This document shows, piece after piece, positions 25,837 through 38,487 of a stretch of DNA of 50,108 nt. Under the pieces are notes generated by a model, which saw only the letters and a program-made list of their open reading frames with translations, was not told where the DNA came from and did no database searches. Made by a program: the position numbers and the translations under genes. Positions within the stretch are counted from its first letter, which is position 1. Every line of letters begins with the position of its first letter. Source of the DNA: Actinomycetes bacterium (GTDB lineage: Bacteria > Actinomycetota > Actinomycetes > Propionibacteriales > Propionibacteriaceae); the NCBI GenBank assembly GCA_046566345.1, contig JBKHWW010000195.1:1-50108 (forward strand), in the 5' to 3' direction.

Positions 25837-28800
25837 TCAGGGGGTGACGGAGATCTCGTGGATCGAGCCCACGTAGTTGGGGCTCTCGAACGGGAGGTTC
25901 GTCAGGTAGACCAGCACGAAGCGCGTGGTCTGCGGCTCGTCGAGCCGCAGACGCAGTTCGCCAGTCGACGGCTCGAACGAGTGCACCGTCCGCCACGAGT
26001 CGCGGGAGTCCAGCGGTGGGGCCGCGGCGCCGGCGTCCACTGGGACGCGGATCTCGCCCGCCGTCGGGCCCGTGCCCACGTTCACGACCACCCAGCGGAC
26101 CGACCGCGGCTCACCCAGGTCGACGATCACGCCGGCCCCCGGCTTGCGACCGTTGAACGACGCCGAGCGCCCATAGCGTTCGGTGGTCCAGCGGGTCGCC
26201 GGGTCCCCGTCCACGGCCAGCATGGCCAGGCCGGGGTTCTCGGCGTCGTCGCCCCCGTCGGAGCTGGGGTCGAAGTCGCGGGCCGCGGCGATCGAGTACG
26301 GCGTCCCCGGGGTCGGCGGGAGCGCTCGGGAGCGGTTGAACTGGTTGACGAAGACCCCTGCCAGCCCAGCCAGCATGGCCAGGACGAAGAGCCCCGCCAG
26401 CACCGCCTGCCAGCGGCGCGGGGGGTCCTGCGTCGGCGCCTGCTGGGACACCTGCAGCGAGGTCCGCGGTGGCGGGATCGGCGTGAACGGGGGAGCGTCC
26501 TTGGGCTCGTCGTCGTCCACGTCGAGCCAGTAGGCCTCGGTGATGTCCTCGCTGACCTGTTCGGCGCCCCACGGCGACGCCGGCGTGGCGTCCGGACGCC
26601 CGCGCAATGGCCCGGTGGTCTCCTCGTCGCCGGGGGAGGCGCCCTCGGCGTCCGGCTCGGCGTCGTCGGGCCGGGGCGCCTTGGGCGCCGTGATGACCAC
26701 CGGGTCGATCGGGTAGCGCAGGCGGTCGCTGAGCGCGCGCGAGGCGTCCGCGGTGCCCAGCAGCGCCGACAGCGCGATCGCCACGTCGGACGCCGTCGTG
26801 AGCGCGGTCGCCCTGCCGCGGGGGACCGGAGACAGGATGCGGTCGACGATGTCGGACAGTTCCACCGGGACGCTGCCCCGGACCGTCCGGGGAAGGAGGG
26901 GGCGTCCGTGAGCGTCGGTCGGCGCAGCGGGCAGGCCGTACCGGGCCGGGCCGGGCCAGCGTCCGGTGAGACTGGCGTAGAGCAGCTCGCCGAGGGCACG
27001 GACGTCGGCGGCCTCGGGATCCTCGTCGCCGGGCAGGGGATGCAACGCGTGCTCGACCAAGAAGCCCACGATCTTCACGTTCCCGCTGGCGGTGATCACC
27101 ACGGTGTCCGGGTTCAGCTGGCGGTGGTAGAGGCCCTGGGCGTGCATGCTGACCAGCCCGGCTGCGACCTCCCGCACGACCCAGGTGGCCTCGAGGTCGG
27201 AGAACGGGCCGTTGCGCAGCGCCAGCTCCAGGGACTGGCCGGGGGCGTACTCGCACACGATGTAGCTGCCGTGGGCCCCCCTCTCGTCCAGCACGGCGTC
27301 CCACACCCGCAGGAACCGGCCGTCGACGGCGGGCGACGCCTGCCGGGCCTGGTCGAGGATCTCCAGGGCGCGGGGCTCGCCGGGGTCCATCACGTGCACG
27401 AGCACCGGTCGGCTGAGCTTCAGGTCCCAGCCGCGCCACGTGACGGTCTGGCCGCGGCGGTTCAGCGCCTCGTCGAGCCGATGGCGGTCGTCCAGGACGG
27501 TGCCGGGAGGCACGCGGGTGGCCACCGGCGGGCGGGGGTGAACCGGGGCGTCCGGGTCGGGGTAGACCAGCAGCGCGTCCGCAGCGTCGCTGGGCGCGCC
27601 CGCCGCGTCCGAGGGCGGCGCCCCCGCGTCCTCGACGGGGGCCGCGCGCCTGCGGCGCAGCACGGCGTCGAGCAGCTGGGCAGGCTCGTTGACCCCGACC
27701 CGCTTGGCCAGGAAGAAGAAGCTGACGCCGGCCACGAGCAGGGAGCCGAGGAAGCCCCCGAGGACGATCAGGATCGACGACCCCAGCGTGAGCCACGCGA
27801 TCAGCGCGGCCAGCGCCGCACCTGGCAGCACCGCCAGGGACAGCTGTCCGAGGTGTGCCAGCAGCGTCCGCCCGGACAGCGCCGGGAGTCGCCTGCGCAG
27901 CGCAAGGTGGGTCAACCAGGCACCGACCAGGTAGGACAGTGAGTACGCCAGAGCGAGCCGGGGGGCGACGGTGAGCGGGTTGGCGTCGAAGGCGATGAAG
28001 CCCAGCGCCACCACCACGTTGAGCAGCGAGATCGCGAGCTGGATGAAGAAGGGCGTGCGGGTGTCCTCGAGCGCGTAGAAGCCGCGCAGGTAGACGTACT
28101 GGACCGTGTAGGGGACGAGCTCGACCGCGAACGCGGCCAGCGTCCAGCCGATGAAGACCCACCCTTCGGTGTTGGCGCCGTGCCCGAAGGCGAGCCGCGC
28201 GAAGGGCAGGCCGACCGCGACGAACGCGACGGCTGCCGGCAGCAGGAACGTGGTGGCCAGGCGCATGGTCCGGGCCGTCTCGGCGGCGACCCCGTCCATG
28301 TCGTGGGCCGCGGCCAGCCTGGACGCCGACGGCAACATGGCGGTGGCGAGCGAGACCGTGATCAGCGAGTGCGGCAGGACCCAGACCAGGTAGGCGGTGT
28401 TGTAGACGGCGATGCCCGCGCCAGGGAGGTCCTGGTTGGCGACGGTGGCCGCGCTGCCCAGTCGGGTGACGACGACCTGGACCACCGTCGTCAGCAAGGC
28501 GTACCCGAGCATCCACTTGGCCAGGTGAAACGTCTGGCCCAGGCCCTGTCCGCGCAGGTCCCAGCGCGGCCGGTAGCGCAGGTTGATCGACCGCATCGCG
28601 GGGATGAGCGCCAGCGTCTGGACGACGATCCCCAGGGTTGAGCCGAGGCCCAGCACGAGCACCTGCTGGTCGGTGAAGGCGACCGACTGGCTCGCGTTGG
28701 TGCCCCAGACCGCCAGGTACACCCCGAGGACGCCGATGCCCACCACGTTGTTGAGGATGGGCGCCCACATCATCGGCCCGAACTTGTCTCGGGCGTTCAA

Positions 28801-29307
28801 CACCTGTCCGATGAGGAAGAACGCGCCGTAGAAGAAGAGCTGCGGCATCGTCAGGAACGCCAGGAAGAGGAGCTGGCGCCAGTGTTCGGCCAGGGCCGGG
28901 TCTCGCCACTGGTCGTCGGCCCATAGGAACATCACCTGCGGTGTGAAGGCCGTGGCCAGCACCGTGACCGCGAGGAGGGCGGCGATGAACGCGGTCATGA
29001 CGCGGTTGATGAAGGCCTCGCCGCCGTCGGGGTCGTTCTTGGCGTGACGGACGATCTGCGGGACGAGCACGGTGTTGAGCGCGCCGCCGGCGAACAGCAT
29101 ATAGAGAGTGTTCGGCACGACGGTCGCCATCGAGTAGGCGTCCGCGTGCGGGGTGGTGGCGCCCAGCACGATGACGAGCAGGGTCGCGCGGGCGAACCCG
29201 AGCACGCGGCTGATTAGCGTGCCGGAGGCCATGATCGCCGTCGCGTTGAGCAGCCGTCGACTGGACGCCTGGGGCGCCTCGTCCGTGTGCTCCTCAGTCA
29301 TCGGCAC
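25837..29307 (-). CDS. murJ: Lipid II flippase MurJ/MviN fused to pseudokinase and extracellular C-terminal domain
   Basis: SRVLGFAR, VPN, LVPQIV, WAPILNN; kinase-like region with HRQLNP and KIVGF replacing HRD/DFG; TM; DGDPATRWTTERY. Confidence 0.93.
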   Translation of the reverse strand: MPMTEEHTDEAPQASSRRLLNATAIMASGTLISRVLGFARATLLVIVLGATTPHADAYSMATVVPNTLYMLFAGGALNTVLVPQIVRHAKNDPDGGEAFINRVMTAFIAALLAVTVLATAFTPQVMFLWADDQWRDPALAEHWRQLLFLAFLTMPQLFFYGAFFLIGQVLNARDKFGPMMWAPILNNVVGIGVLGVYLAVWGTNASQSVAFTDQQVLVLGLGSTLGIVVQTLALIPAMRSINLRYRPRWDLRGQGLGQTFHLAKWMLGYALLTTVVQVVVTRLGSAATVANQDLPGAGIAVYNTAYLVWVLPHSLITVSLATAMLPSASRLAAAHDMDGVAAETARTMRLATTFLLPAAVAFVAVGLPFARLAFGHGANTEGWVFIGWTLAAFAVELVPYTVQYVYLRGFYALEDTRTPFFIQLAISLLNVVVALGFIAFDANPLTVAPRLALAYSLSYLVGAWLTHLALRRRLPALSGRTLLAHLGQLSLAVLPGAALAALIAWLTLGSSILIVLGGFLGSLLVAGVSFFFLAKRVGVNEPAQLLDAVLRRRRAAPVEDAGAPPSDAAGAPSDAADALLVYPDPDAPVHPRPPVATRVPPGTVLDDRHRLDEALNRRGQTVTWRGWDLKLSRPVLVHVMDPGEPRALEILDQARQASPAVDGRFLRVWDAVLDERGAHGSYIVCEYAPGQSLELALRNGPFSDLEATWVVREVAAGLVSMHAQGLYHRQLNPDTVVITASGNVKIVGFLVEHALHPLPGDEDPEAADVRALGELLYASLTGRWPGPARYGLPAAPTDAHGRPLLPRTVRGSVPVELSDIVDRILSPVPRGRATALTTASDVAIALSALLGTADASRALSDRLRYPIDPVVITAPKAPRPDDAEPDAEGASPGDEETTGPLRGRPDATPASPWGAEQVSEDITEAYWLDVDDDEPKDAPPFTPIPPPRTSLQVSQQAPTQDPPRRWQAVLAGLFVLAMLAGLAGVFVNQFNRSRALPPTPGTPYSIAAARDFDPSSDGGDDAENPGLAMLAVDGDPATRWTTERYGRSASFNGRKPGAGVIVDLGEPRSVRWVVVNVGTGPTAGEIRVPVDAGAAAPPLDSRDSWRTVHSFEPSTGELRLRLDEPQTTRFVLVYLTNLPFESPNYVGSIHEISVTP

Positions 29308-31228
29308 CCTTCTTCTGTCGCCGCACCTGCCGGATGCGCAGGCCTGTCGTGACCACCAGCACCAAGCCCGACGCGATGACGAGCACCCACCCGATCACGC
29401 CGAAGTTCGTGGTCTCCACCTCGATCTGGGTGTCGGGTGTCAGCCTATGGCCCGTCAGCGTCTCGGCGTGGACGCTGGCCCGGACCACCCCGCCGCCCGC
29501 GGCCTCGGCCTGGAGGCCGATGGTGGCGCTCGCGCCCGGCGCGATGGTGGCTTCGGGCGGCGGCAGGAATCGGATGCGCTGCGGGTTGTCGGTGACGACC
29601 ACCAGCCGGATCGTCGCAGGGTCGGTGAGGTGGTTGGTGACCGTCACGGGGAACTCGCTGGTCGCGCCCGCCATCGAGAACCGGTTGATCGCGTCGATCG
29701 AGACGATGTCCCCCTCCGGCAGGGCCAGCCTGCGGTCGATGGCTGCCAGCCACGCCTGCTGGGACTCCGGCGTCCACCACTCGGACGCCGACCGCGCCAC
29801 CTGGGCGTCGGCGACCTCGCCCACGCGGGCGGTGGGGGCGACCGCGCCGTACGCGTCCAGCTGCTCGCCCAGCCTCAGGAGCACCGGGAGCGTGTCTGCA
29901 GTGACGGCAGAGGGCAGGTCGGGGCGTGCGGGGGGCGTCCACTCGGTAGCGGACGCGGTCAGCTCCGCCGGCGTGGCCGCACGGAACCCCTCGGGGAGCG
30001 GGAGGGCGGCGGCGGTGACATCCTCGGAGGTTCGCAGCAGGCGGGCGATCCCACCCCGTGCCCTGCCGAGCGCGGCCTCGGCGCCCCGCCGGTTCAGGGC
30101 GGTGTCGTCGAGCAGGGGGGACGCCGACAACGGCTGGGCAGGACGAGTCAGGGACCAGACGTCGGTGCCGGCCACCTCCACCCGCACGGCCGGCGCGCCG
30201 ACCTCGAGGGCGAAGACGCTGCGGCCCAGGGGGGCTACGAGGGCCAGGGCGTCGGCGTCCGGGCGGGTGAGGAGGATCGCGCTGCTCGCCCCCGCGAGCT
30301 CGACCTCTTGGGTCGCGCGCGCGGCGCGTTCCAGGATCGCCGTGTCGCCGAGGCCTGCGGCCGCCGCAAGGTCGGGGGTGCCCACCAGCCCGAGGGTCCC
30401 CCGGGCGGGGTCGAGCGCTGCCAGACGGTCAAGCCAGGCGCGGGCGTCCGGGGCCCGGGTGCCCTCGGTGCTGCCCGCCTCGCCCTGGACGCGGTAGCCA
30501 TCGGCCATGTCGCGCACCTCCGCGAGCAGGCCCGCGTCGATGACCCAGCTGGACCCCGACCGGGACGCCTCGGTCAGCAGCGACCCGAGGCGTCCGGTGA
30601 CGAGGTCGTCGGCGAGGCTGTCGTCGACGAACAGGTCGCCCTTGACCAGGCGGGGCACGGCCGCGAACTCCACCACGGTCGCCACCGGCACGGGGGTCCC
30701 GGGTTGGGTGACGAGCGTCCGCTCGGTGGTGAGCGCCGTCACCGTCCTCGCGTCGCCGGCGCGGCCCTGGAGGTCGACGCCGACCCAGTGCGAGGCGTCC
30801 GTGCCGGCGAGCCCGAGCTGGGCAGGGGTTCCCGACACCGTGAACGACCGCGACTCCCCGGCGCCGAGGGACTCCTCGCCGGTGACGAGGCGGGCGGTGT
30901 TGGCGTCCTCGACAGGCTGCCAGCGGCCCGGCGTGGTCGTGGTGGCCTCTAGCGCGCCGGTCACCGCGGCCACGGAGTGCAGCCTTTCGGTGGAGCGCCA
31001 CAGGTACGCGGTGACGTCGCGCAACGGGGCGCCTCCGACGTTGGTGACCGTTCCGCTGATGGTCAGCGTCGACGGTGTCAGCCGGGCGGCGGTGAGGGTG
31101 ACGCGCGCCGGGTCCTCGGCCGCGAGCGCCGGGGGGGCACCGGCCGGCGTGAGCGGCGCGAAGAGACCGACGCCGGCCAGGATGGCCACGAGGCGTGCGC
31201 GGCGGAGGCCGGATCGACTCGCAGTCAC
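29294..31228 (-). CDS. DUF6049-like secreted/membrane-anchored protein (Rv3909-like position)
   Basis: Signal peptide, GRL..LL and WVIDAGLL motifs, C-terminal TM. Conserved position between CCA enzyme and murJ. Confidence 0.75.
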   Translation of the reverse strand: MTASRSGLRRARLVAILAGVGLFAPLTPAGAPPALAAEDPARVTLTAARLTPSTLTISGTVTNVGGAPLRDVTAYLWRSTERLHSVAAVTGALEATTTTPGRWQPVEDANTARLVTGEESLGAGESRSFTVSGTPAQLGLAGTDASHWVGVDLQGRAGDARTVTALTTERTLVTQPGTPVPVATVVEFAAVPRLVKGDLFVDDSLADDLVTGRLGSLLTEASRSGSSWVIDAGLLAEVRDMADGYRVQGEAGSTEGTRAPDARAWLDRLAALDPARGTLGLVGTPDLAAAAGLGDTAILERAARATQEVELAGASSAILLTRPDADALALVAPLGRSVFALEVGAPAVRVEVAGTDVWSLTRPAQPLSASPLLDDTALNRRGAEAALGRARGGIARLLRTSEDVTAAALPLPEGFRAATPAELTASATEWTPPARPDLPSAVTADTLPVLLRLGEQLDAYGAVAPTARVGEVADAQVARSASEWWTPESQQAWLAAIDRRLALPEGDIVSIDAINRFSMAGATSEFPVTVTNHLTDPATIRLVVVTDNPQRIRFLPPPEATIAPGASATIGLQAEAAGGGVVRASVHAETLTGHRLTPDTQIEVETTNFGVIGWVLVIASGLVLVVTTGLRIRQVRRQKKGADD

Positions 31229-31260
31229 CGGTCCATCGTAGGCCGCTAGACTGGGCCATC

Positions 31261-32721
31261 GTGCCTTCCCTCACCGTCGACCAGCGTCGCGCCCTCGAGG
31301 CGGCCGTGCTCTCGACGCCCGTGATCGGGCGCGTCGCGGACGCCTTCGCCGCCGCAGGCTACGACCTGCACCTGGTCGGAGGACCGGTCCGGGACGCCTT
31401 GATGGGGCGCGGCGTCAACGACCTCGACTTCACCACCGACGCGCGGCCCGAGGCCATCGAAACGGTGTTGCGCACCCTGACCCGGACGACCTGGGACATC
31501 GGGCGCGAGTTCGGCACCATCGGGGCGGCTCTGCACGAGGGTGACGAAGAGGCCGTCGTCGAGGTGACCACCTATCGCGCCGACTCCTACGACCCCGCTT
31601 CGCGGAAGCCGACCGTCGAGTTCGGCGACGCGCTCGAGGCCGACCTCGTTCGCCGCGACTTCGCCGTCAACGCGATGGCGCTGTCTGTGGTCTCCGGAGC
31701 CTTCGCCGACCCGCACGGCGGCCTGGCCGACCTCGATGCGGGTCTGCTCCGGACGCCGTCGCCCCCCGAGGTGTCCTTCGGCGACGACCCGCTGCGGATG
31801 ATGCGCGCGGCACGGTTCGCCTCCCAGCTCCGCTTCACACCCGCCCCCGAGGTCGTTCAGGCCATGACTGCCATGGCCGACCGGATCGACATCATTTCGG
31901 CCGAGCGCGTCCGGGACGAGCTCACTCGGCTTTTGCTGTCGGACGCTCCCCGCCCGGGTCTGGACCTGCTCGTGCGGACGGGGCTGGCCGAGCGGGTGGT
32001 GCCCGAGGTGGCCGCCCTCGTCCGCGAGGTCGACGAACACGGCCGCCACAAGGACATCTACGAACACACCCTCACCGTCCTGGAGCAGGCGATCGACCTG
32101 GAGCGCGAGCGTGGGCTCGACCCCGACATCGTGAACCGCCTGGCAGCGGTGTTCCACGACGTCGGGAAGCCGCGCACCAAGAGGTTCGAGGCGGGCGGCA
32201 AGGTGTCCTTCCACCACCACGACGTCGTCGGCGCGAAGATGACCCGCAAGCGGCTCACCGCACTGCGTTTCAGCAGCGACGAGGTCAAGGCGGTCGCGAA
32301 GCTGGTCGAGTTGCACCTGCGCTTCCACGGGTACGCCGACGCGGACTGGACCGACTCGGCGGTGAGGCGGTACGTCCGGGACGCCGGCGACCAGCTCGAA
32401 CGCCTCCACATCCTCACCCGCGCCGACTGCACGACCCGCAACGTCCGCAAGGCGAATCGCCTCAAGTCGGCGTACGAGCAGCTGGAGTGGCGGATCGAGG
32501 AGCTGGCCGCCCAGGAGGAGCTGGACTCTCTGCGCCCCGACCTCGACGGCACCCAGATCATGGACGCCCTCGGCATCGGCCCGGGGCCTGCCGTCGGCGA
32601 GGCGTACCGGTACCTGCTCGAGAGGCGCATCGATGAGGGCCCCCTGGGCGCCGACCGCGCCCGTGACGAGCTGCTGGCCTGGTGGGCAGCCCGGTCCGGC
32701 ACCCGCAACGCTGCCCCGTGA
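31261..32721 (+). CDS. CCA tRNA nucleotidyltransferase
   Basis: LVGGPVRD, DLDFTTD, RRDFAVNA, DDPLRMMRAARF, ISAERVRDEL, HDVGK. TAGACT 8 nt before GTG. Confidence 0.95.
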   Translation: MPSLTVDQRRALEAAVLSTPVIGRVADAFAAAGYDLHLVGGPVRDALMGRGVNDLDFTTDARPEAIETVLRTLTRTTWDIGREFGTIGAALHEGDEEAVVEVTTYRADSYDPASRKPTVEFGDALEADLVRRDFAVNAMALSVVSGAFADPHGGLADLDAGLLRTPSPPEVSFGDDPLRMMRAARFASQLRFTPAPEVVQAMTAMADRIDIISAERVRDELTRLLLSDAPRPGLDLLVRTGLAERVVPEVAALVREVDEHGRHKDIYEHTLTVLEQAIDLERERGLDPDIVNRLAAVFHDVGKPRTKRFEAGGKVSFHHHDVVGAKMTRKRLTALRFSSDEVKAVAKLVELHLRFHGYADADWTDSAVRRYVRDAGDQLERLHILTRADCTTRNVRKANRLKSAYEQLEWRIEELAAQEELDSLRPDLDGTQIMDALGIGPGPAVGEAYRYLLERRIDEGPLGADRARDELLAWWAARSGTRNAAP

Positions 32722-33593
32722 GCACTCCGCGTCTCGCGGAGCGGCTGACCTCGGCGCCGGTGCTGCTGGTCCTGGTCGCGATCGCGTCGGTGCAGTTGGG
32801 GTCGTCGCTGGCCAAGGATCTGTATTCGGCCGCCGTGCCGCTGACGGTCGCCTGGTTGCGGCTGCTCGGTGCGGCGCTGGTGCTGGGCCTGCTGACGCGT
32901 CCACGACTGCGCGGGCACGGGCGCGGTGACTGGTTCTGGGTCGTCGCCTATGGGCTGTGCCTGGCCGGCATGAACGTCACCTTCTACCTGGCGATCGAGC
33001 GCATCCCCATCGGGATGGCGGTCACCCTGGAGTTTCTGGGGCCGCTGGGCGTGTCGGTCGCACATTCACGGCGCGCCCGAGATCTGTTGTGGGTCGGGCT
33101 CGCCGCGGTCGGGGTCGCTCTGCTGGGCTTCTCCCCGGGTGCACTCGACCTGGTCGGCGTCGCCTGGGCCCTGGCCGCGGGCGCGCTCTGGGCGGGGTAC
33201 ATCCTGCTCGCTGGCCCCACCGGACGCCGCTGGCCCGGCGTCAGCGGGGTCGCCGTCGCGTTCTGGGTCGGGCTGGCCGCTGTGACCCCGCCGGTGCTGG
33301 CACTCGGCTTGCTCCCGCCCCCCGTTCCCGGGGTCTGGGCCCTCGGGCTCGCGATCGGGCTGCTCTCCTCTGCGATCCCGTACGGCCTGGAGATGGTGGC
33401 CCTGCGGCGCATCGAGCCACGGGTGTTCGGCATCCTGATGTCGCTGGAGCCGGCCGCGGCCGCTCTCTTCGCCCTGGCGTTGCTCGGCGAGACGCTGCGT
33501 CCGATCGAGATCGTCGCGATGGCGTCCGTCGTGGCGGCGTCCATCGGGGTCGTCTGGACCGCCAGGACGCGTCGGGCCACCGCTGGTTCGTGA
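32718..33593 (+). CDS. EamA/RhtA-like DMT transporter
   Basis: SVQLGSSLAK, MNVTFYLAIERIP, EFLGPL, PYGLEMVALRR, MSLEPA. Confidence 0.9.
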   Translation: MSTPRLAERLTSAPVLLVLVAIASVQLGSSLAKDLYSAAVPLTVAWLRLLGAALVLGLLTRPRLRGHGRGDWFWVVAYGLCLAGMNVTFYLAIERIPIGMAVTLEFLGPLGVSVAHSRRARDLLWVGLAAVGVALLGFSPGALDLVGVAWALAAGALWAGYILLAGPTGRRWPGVSGVAVAFWVGLAAVTPPVLALGLLPPPVPGVWALGLAIGLLSSAIPYGLEMVALRRIEPRVFGILMSLEPAAAALFALALLGETLRPIEIVAMASVVAASIGVVWTARTRRATAGS

Positions 33594-33604
33594 GGGCAGG
33601 GAAC

Positions 33605-33642
33605 GATCTCGGGGGCGAGGGTCGGCCCTCGCCCCCCAGATC
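33605..33642. terminator. Bidirectional hairpin between convergent eamA and glgP
   Basis: GATCTcGGGGGCGAGGG-tcgg-CCCTCGCCCCCcAGATC. Confidence 0.75.
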
Positions 33643-33645
33643 GGC

Positions 33646-36207
<2,562 letters not shown>

Positions 36208-36269
36208 GGCGGCAGCCTAGCTGGGCATGCACCCGCGGTCCGGGGCGGTTGCCTGTCGGACGCCGGCGC

Positions 36270-37160
36270 TCACCCGGCGGGCGGGGCCTGCCCCACCGGC
36301 ACGGCGGGACCTCGGATCCCGGCTGCCTGCAGCGCCGCGACCGCGCGCTCTCGGAGGTAGCGTTCCACACCCCAGTGCTTGTCGGGGGCGCACTTGGCGA
36401 AGATCCTCAGCGTCGCTGCCCCGCCCGCAACCTCGTTCACGCCAGCGACGGTAGGCCGCTCCAGCAGGACGTCGGCCCACTTCTCGTCAGCGAACACCTC
36501 GTCGACGACGCTCTCGAGCACCGCGAGCGCCCGGGTGGCGTTCTCGTTCCACGCGATCGGGACGTCCACCACCCCCGTGGAGTGGCCCTGGGACAGGTTG
36601 CCCACCCGCAGGATCTCGCCGTTGCGCACGTACCAGATCTGGCCCCCCGGGTCGCGCAGGCGGGTCACCCGCAGCCCGACCTCCTCCACCGTGCCCTTCA
36701 CCTCGCCGGTGTCGATGAAGTCACCCACGCCGAACTGGTCCTCCAGGATCAGGAACATGCCGGAGATGTAGTCCTTGACCAGCGATTGGGCGCCGAACGC
36801 CAGGGCGATGCCGCCGATCCCCGCCGAGGCAAGCAGCGGCGCGAGCGGGACGCCGAGCGCGTCCAGGCTGGTCAGCACCACCAGGACGACGAGCAGGACC
36901 GAGACGACGTTCTTCAGGAACGAGCCGGTGGTCCGGGTGCGCGCCTCGTGGCGCGCGGTCGCTACCGCTCCCAGCGGCCCGAGCACCTTCGCGGCCCGCG
37001 CCGAGTCTTGCTGGCGATGGCGCTCGGCCGCCTTGAGTGACGTCTGCACGCCCAGGCGGATCGCCCGGTTGAGCACCACCTTGAGCACCAGGGCCGCCAA
37101 CACGATGGCGCCCAGGGTCAGCGGCGTTTCAGGGAAGCTGAACGTCAACAGGGGAGTCAT
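36270..37160 (-). CDS. Small-conductance mechanosensitive channel (MscS family)
   Basis: AFGAQSLVKDYISG...EDQFGVGD...GTVEEVGLRVT...NGEI. Confidence 0.92.
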   Translation of the reverse strand: MTPLLTFSFPETPLTLGAIVLAALVLKVVLNRAIRLGVQTSLKAAERHRQQDSARAAKVLGPLGAVATARHEARTRTTGSFLKNVVSVLLVVLVVLTSLDALGVPLAPLLASAGIGGIALAFGAQSLVKDYISGMFLILEDQFGVGDFIDTGEVKGTVEEVGLRVTRLRDPGGQIWYVRNGEILRVGNLSQGHSTGVVDVPIAWNENATRALAVLESVVDEVFADEKWADVLLERPTVAGVNEVAGGAATLRIFAKCAPDKHWGVERYLRERAVAALQAAGIRGPAVPVGQAPPAG

Positions 37161-37207
37161 GGCTCCATTCTGCCGACCCCCGCGCTCGCGAGGACTACCG
37201 TCGCACC

Positions 37208-37678
37208 ATGAGAATCGCGATGGCATGCGACCATGCGGGAACCGCGCTGAAGAAGGAGCTCGCAGCCTGGCTGCGGGGGCAGGGCCACGAGGTCGTCGAC
37301 TTCGGGACCGACGACGAGCAGCCCGCCGACCTGCCCGACCACGTCTACCCTGCGACGCTGGCGCTTGCCCGCGGCGAGGTGGACCGCGCCGTCTTCGTGG
37401 ACGGGGTGGGCTACGGGAGCGCCATGATCGCCAATAAGGTGCCCGGCGTCTTCGCCGCGGTGGCCCAGGACCCGTTCTGTGCCGCGCTGGCCAGGTCTCA
37501 TTCGAACACCAACTGCCTGTGCATCGGTGCCAAGATCATCGGCTCGGCGCTGGCCATGGAGGTGGTCAAGGCCTGGATGACGACCGATTGGCTCGGGGCG
37601 TCCGACGACAAGTACGCCCGACGCGTGGCGAAGGTGGCCGAGATCGACGCCCGCCACCGGTCCTCGGCGGAGATCTAG
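37208..37678 (+). CDS. RpiB/LacA/LacB family sugar-phosphate isomerase
   Basis: CDHAG, DFGT, ANKVPG, ARSHSNTN, RRVAK. Confidence 0.88.
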   Translation: MRIAMACDHAGTALKKELAAWLRGQGHEVVDFGTDDEQPADLPDHVYPATLALARGEVDRAVFVDGVGYGSAMIANKVPGVFAAVAQDPFCAALARSHSNTNCLCIGAKIIGSALAMEVVKAWMTTDWLGASDDKYARRVAKVAEIDARHRSSAEI

Positions 37679-38487
37679 GCCTGAACGCGGGCGTCCGCCG
37701 GCCCGGATTGGCAGCGGGGGCAGAAGAACATCACCCGGTCGCGCGGCGCCTCCCCGATCGGCTTGACGTCGATGGGGACGCCGCACCGCCGGCAGGGCCG
37801 GTGGTGGCGTCCGTGCACGTAGGTGGTGCGGCCGGGGCCGCGTTCGCCGGTGCTCGACTGGACGGCGTGATGCCGGTTCGCTTCCACCAGTCTCTGCGCG
37901 CGCCGCACCAGGGCTTCCAGCCGCTCCGCGGGCAGGGCGGACGCCGGCGTCCAGGGGTCGAGGCAGGCGAGGAAGAGCGCCTCGGACGCCCACAGCGTGC
38001 CGAGGCCGGCGAGATTGCGCTGGTCGAGCAGCGCCGCCCCGATCGGGGCCGAGGCCGCAGCCAGGTTGGCCACGGCGCGGTCGGCGTCCCAGTCGGGGCC
38101 CAGGACGTCGGGCCCGAGGTGCCCCACCAGGGTTCGCTCGTCGGTGGTCGGGAGGAGATCCAGCATCCCGAGGCTCCAGCCCACGGCTGTCCAGTCGGCG
38201 GTGGCCAGGACGGCGCGGATCTTGGGCGCGGTCAGGCGAACCGGGGGCTCGGTGGTTGCCTGGACACGCCAGGAGCCCTCCATGCGCAGGTGACTGTGCA
38301 GCGTGAGGCCCGTGTCGAGGCGGTGCAGCAGGTGTTTGCCGCGGGCGACGACCTCCAGCGTCGTCGACCCGGTGAGGTCGGCGGTCGCCAGGGTCGGCCA
38401 GCGCAGGTCGGATCGGGTCAGCGTGCGGCCGGCGAAGACCGCGTGCAGCCGGGACGCGGTGCGCCAGACGGTGTCACCCTCGGGCAC
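37675..38487 (-). CDS. nei: Fpg/Nei family DNA glycosylase (endonuclease VIII-like)
   Basis: N-terminal PEGD, RGKHL, HLRMEGSW, LLDQRNLAGLG, CRRC...FCPRCQ zinc finger. Confidence 0.9.
   Translation of the reverse strand: MPEGDTVWRTASRLHAVFAGRTLTRSDLRWPTLATADLTGSTTLEVVARGKHLLHRLDTGLTLHSHLRMEGSWRVQATTEPPVRLTAPKIRAVLATADWTAVGWSLGMLDLLPTTDERTLVGHLGPDVLGPDWDADRAVANLAAASAPIGAALLDQRNLAGLGTLWASEALFLACLDPWTPASALPAERLEALVRRAQRLVEANRHHAVQSSTGERGPGRTTYVHGRHHRPCRRCGVPIDVKPIGEAPRDRVMFFCPRCQSGPADARVQA

Noticed and set aside
25780-28924. 720-aa (+) and 937-aa (-) ORFs overlapping murJ
   Set aside because: Arg/Pro/Gly-rich off-frame translations typical of GC-rich DNA.
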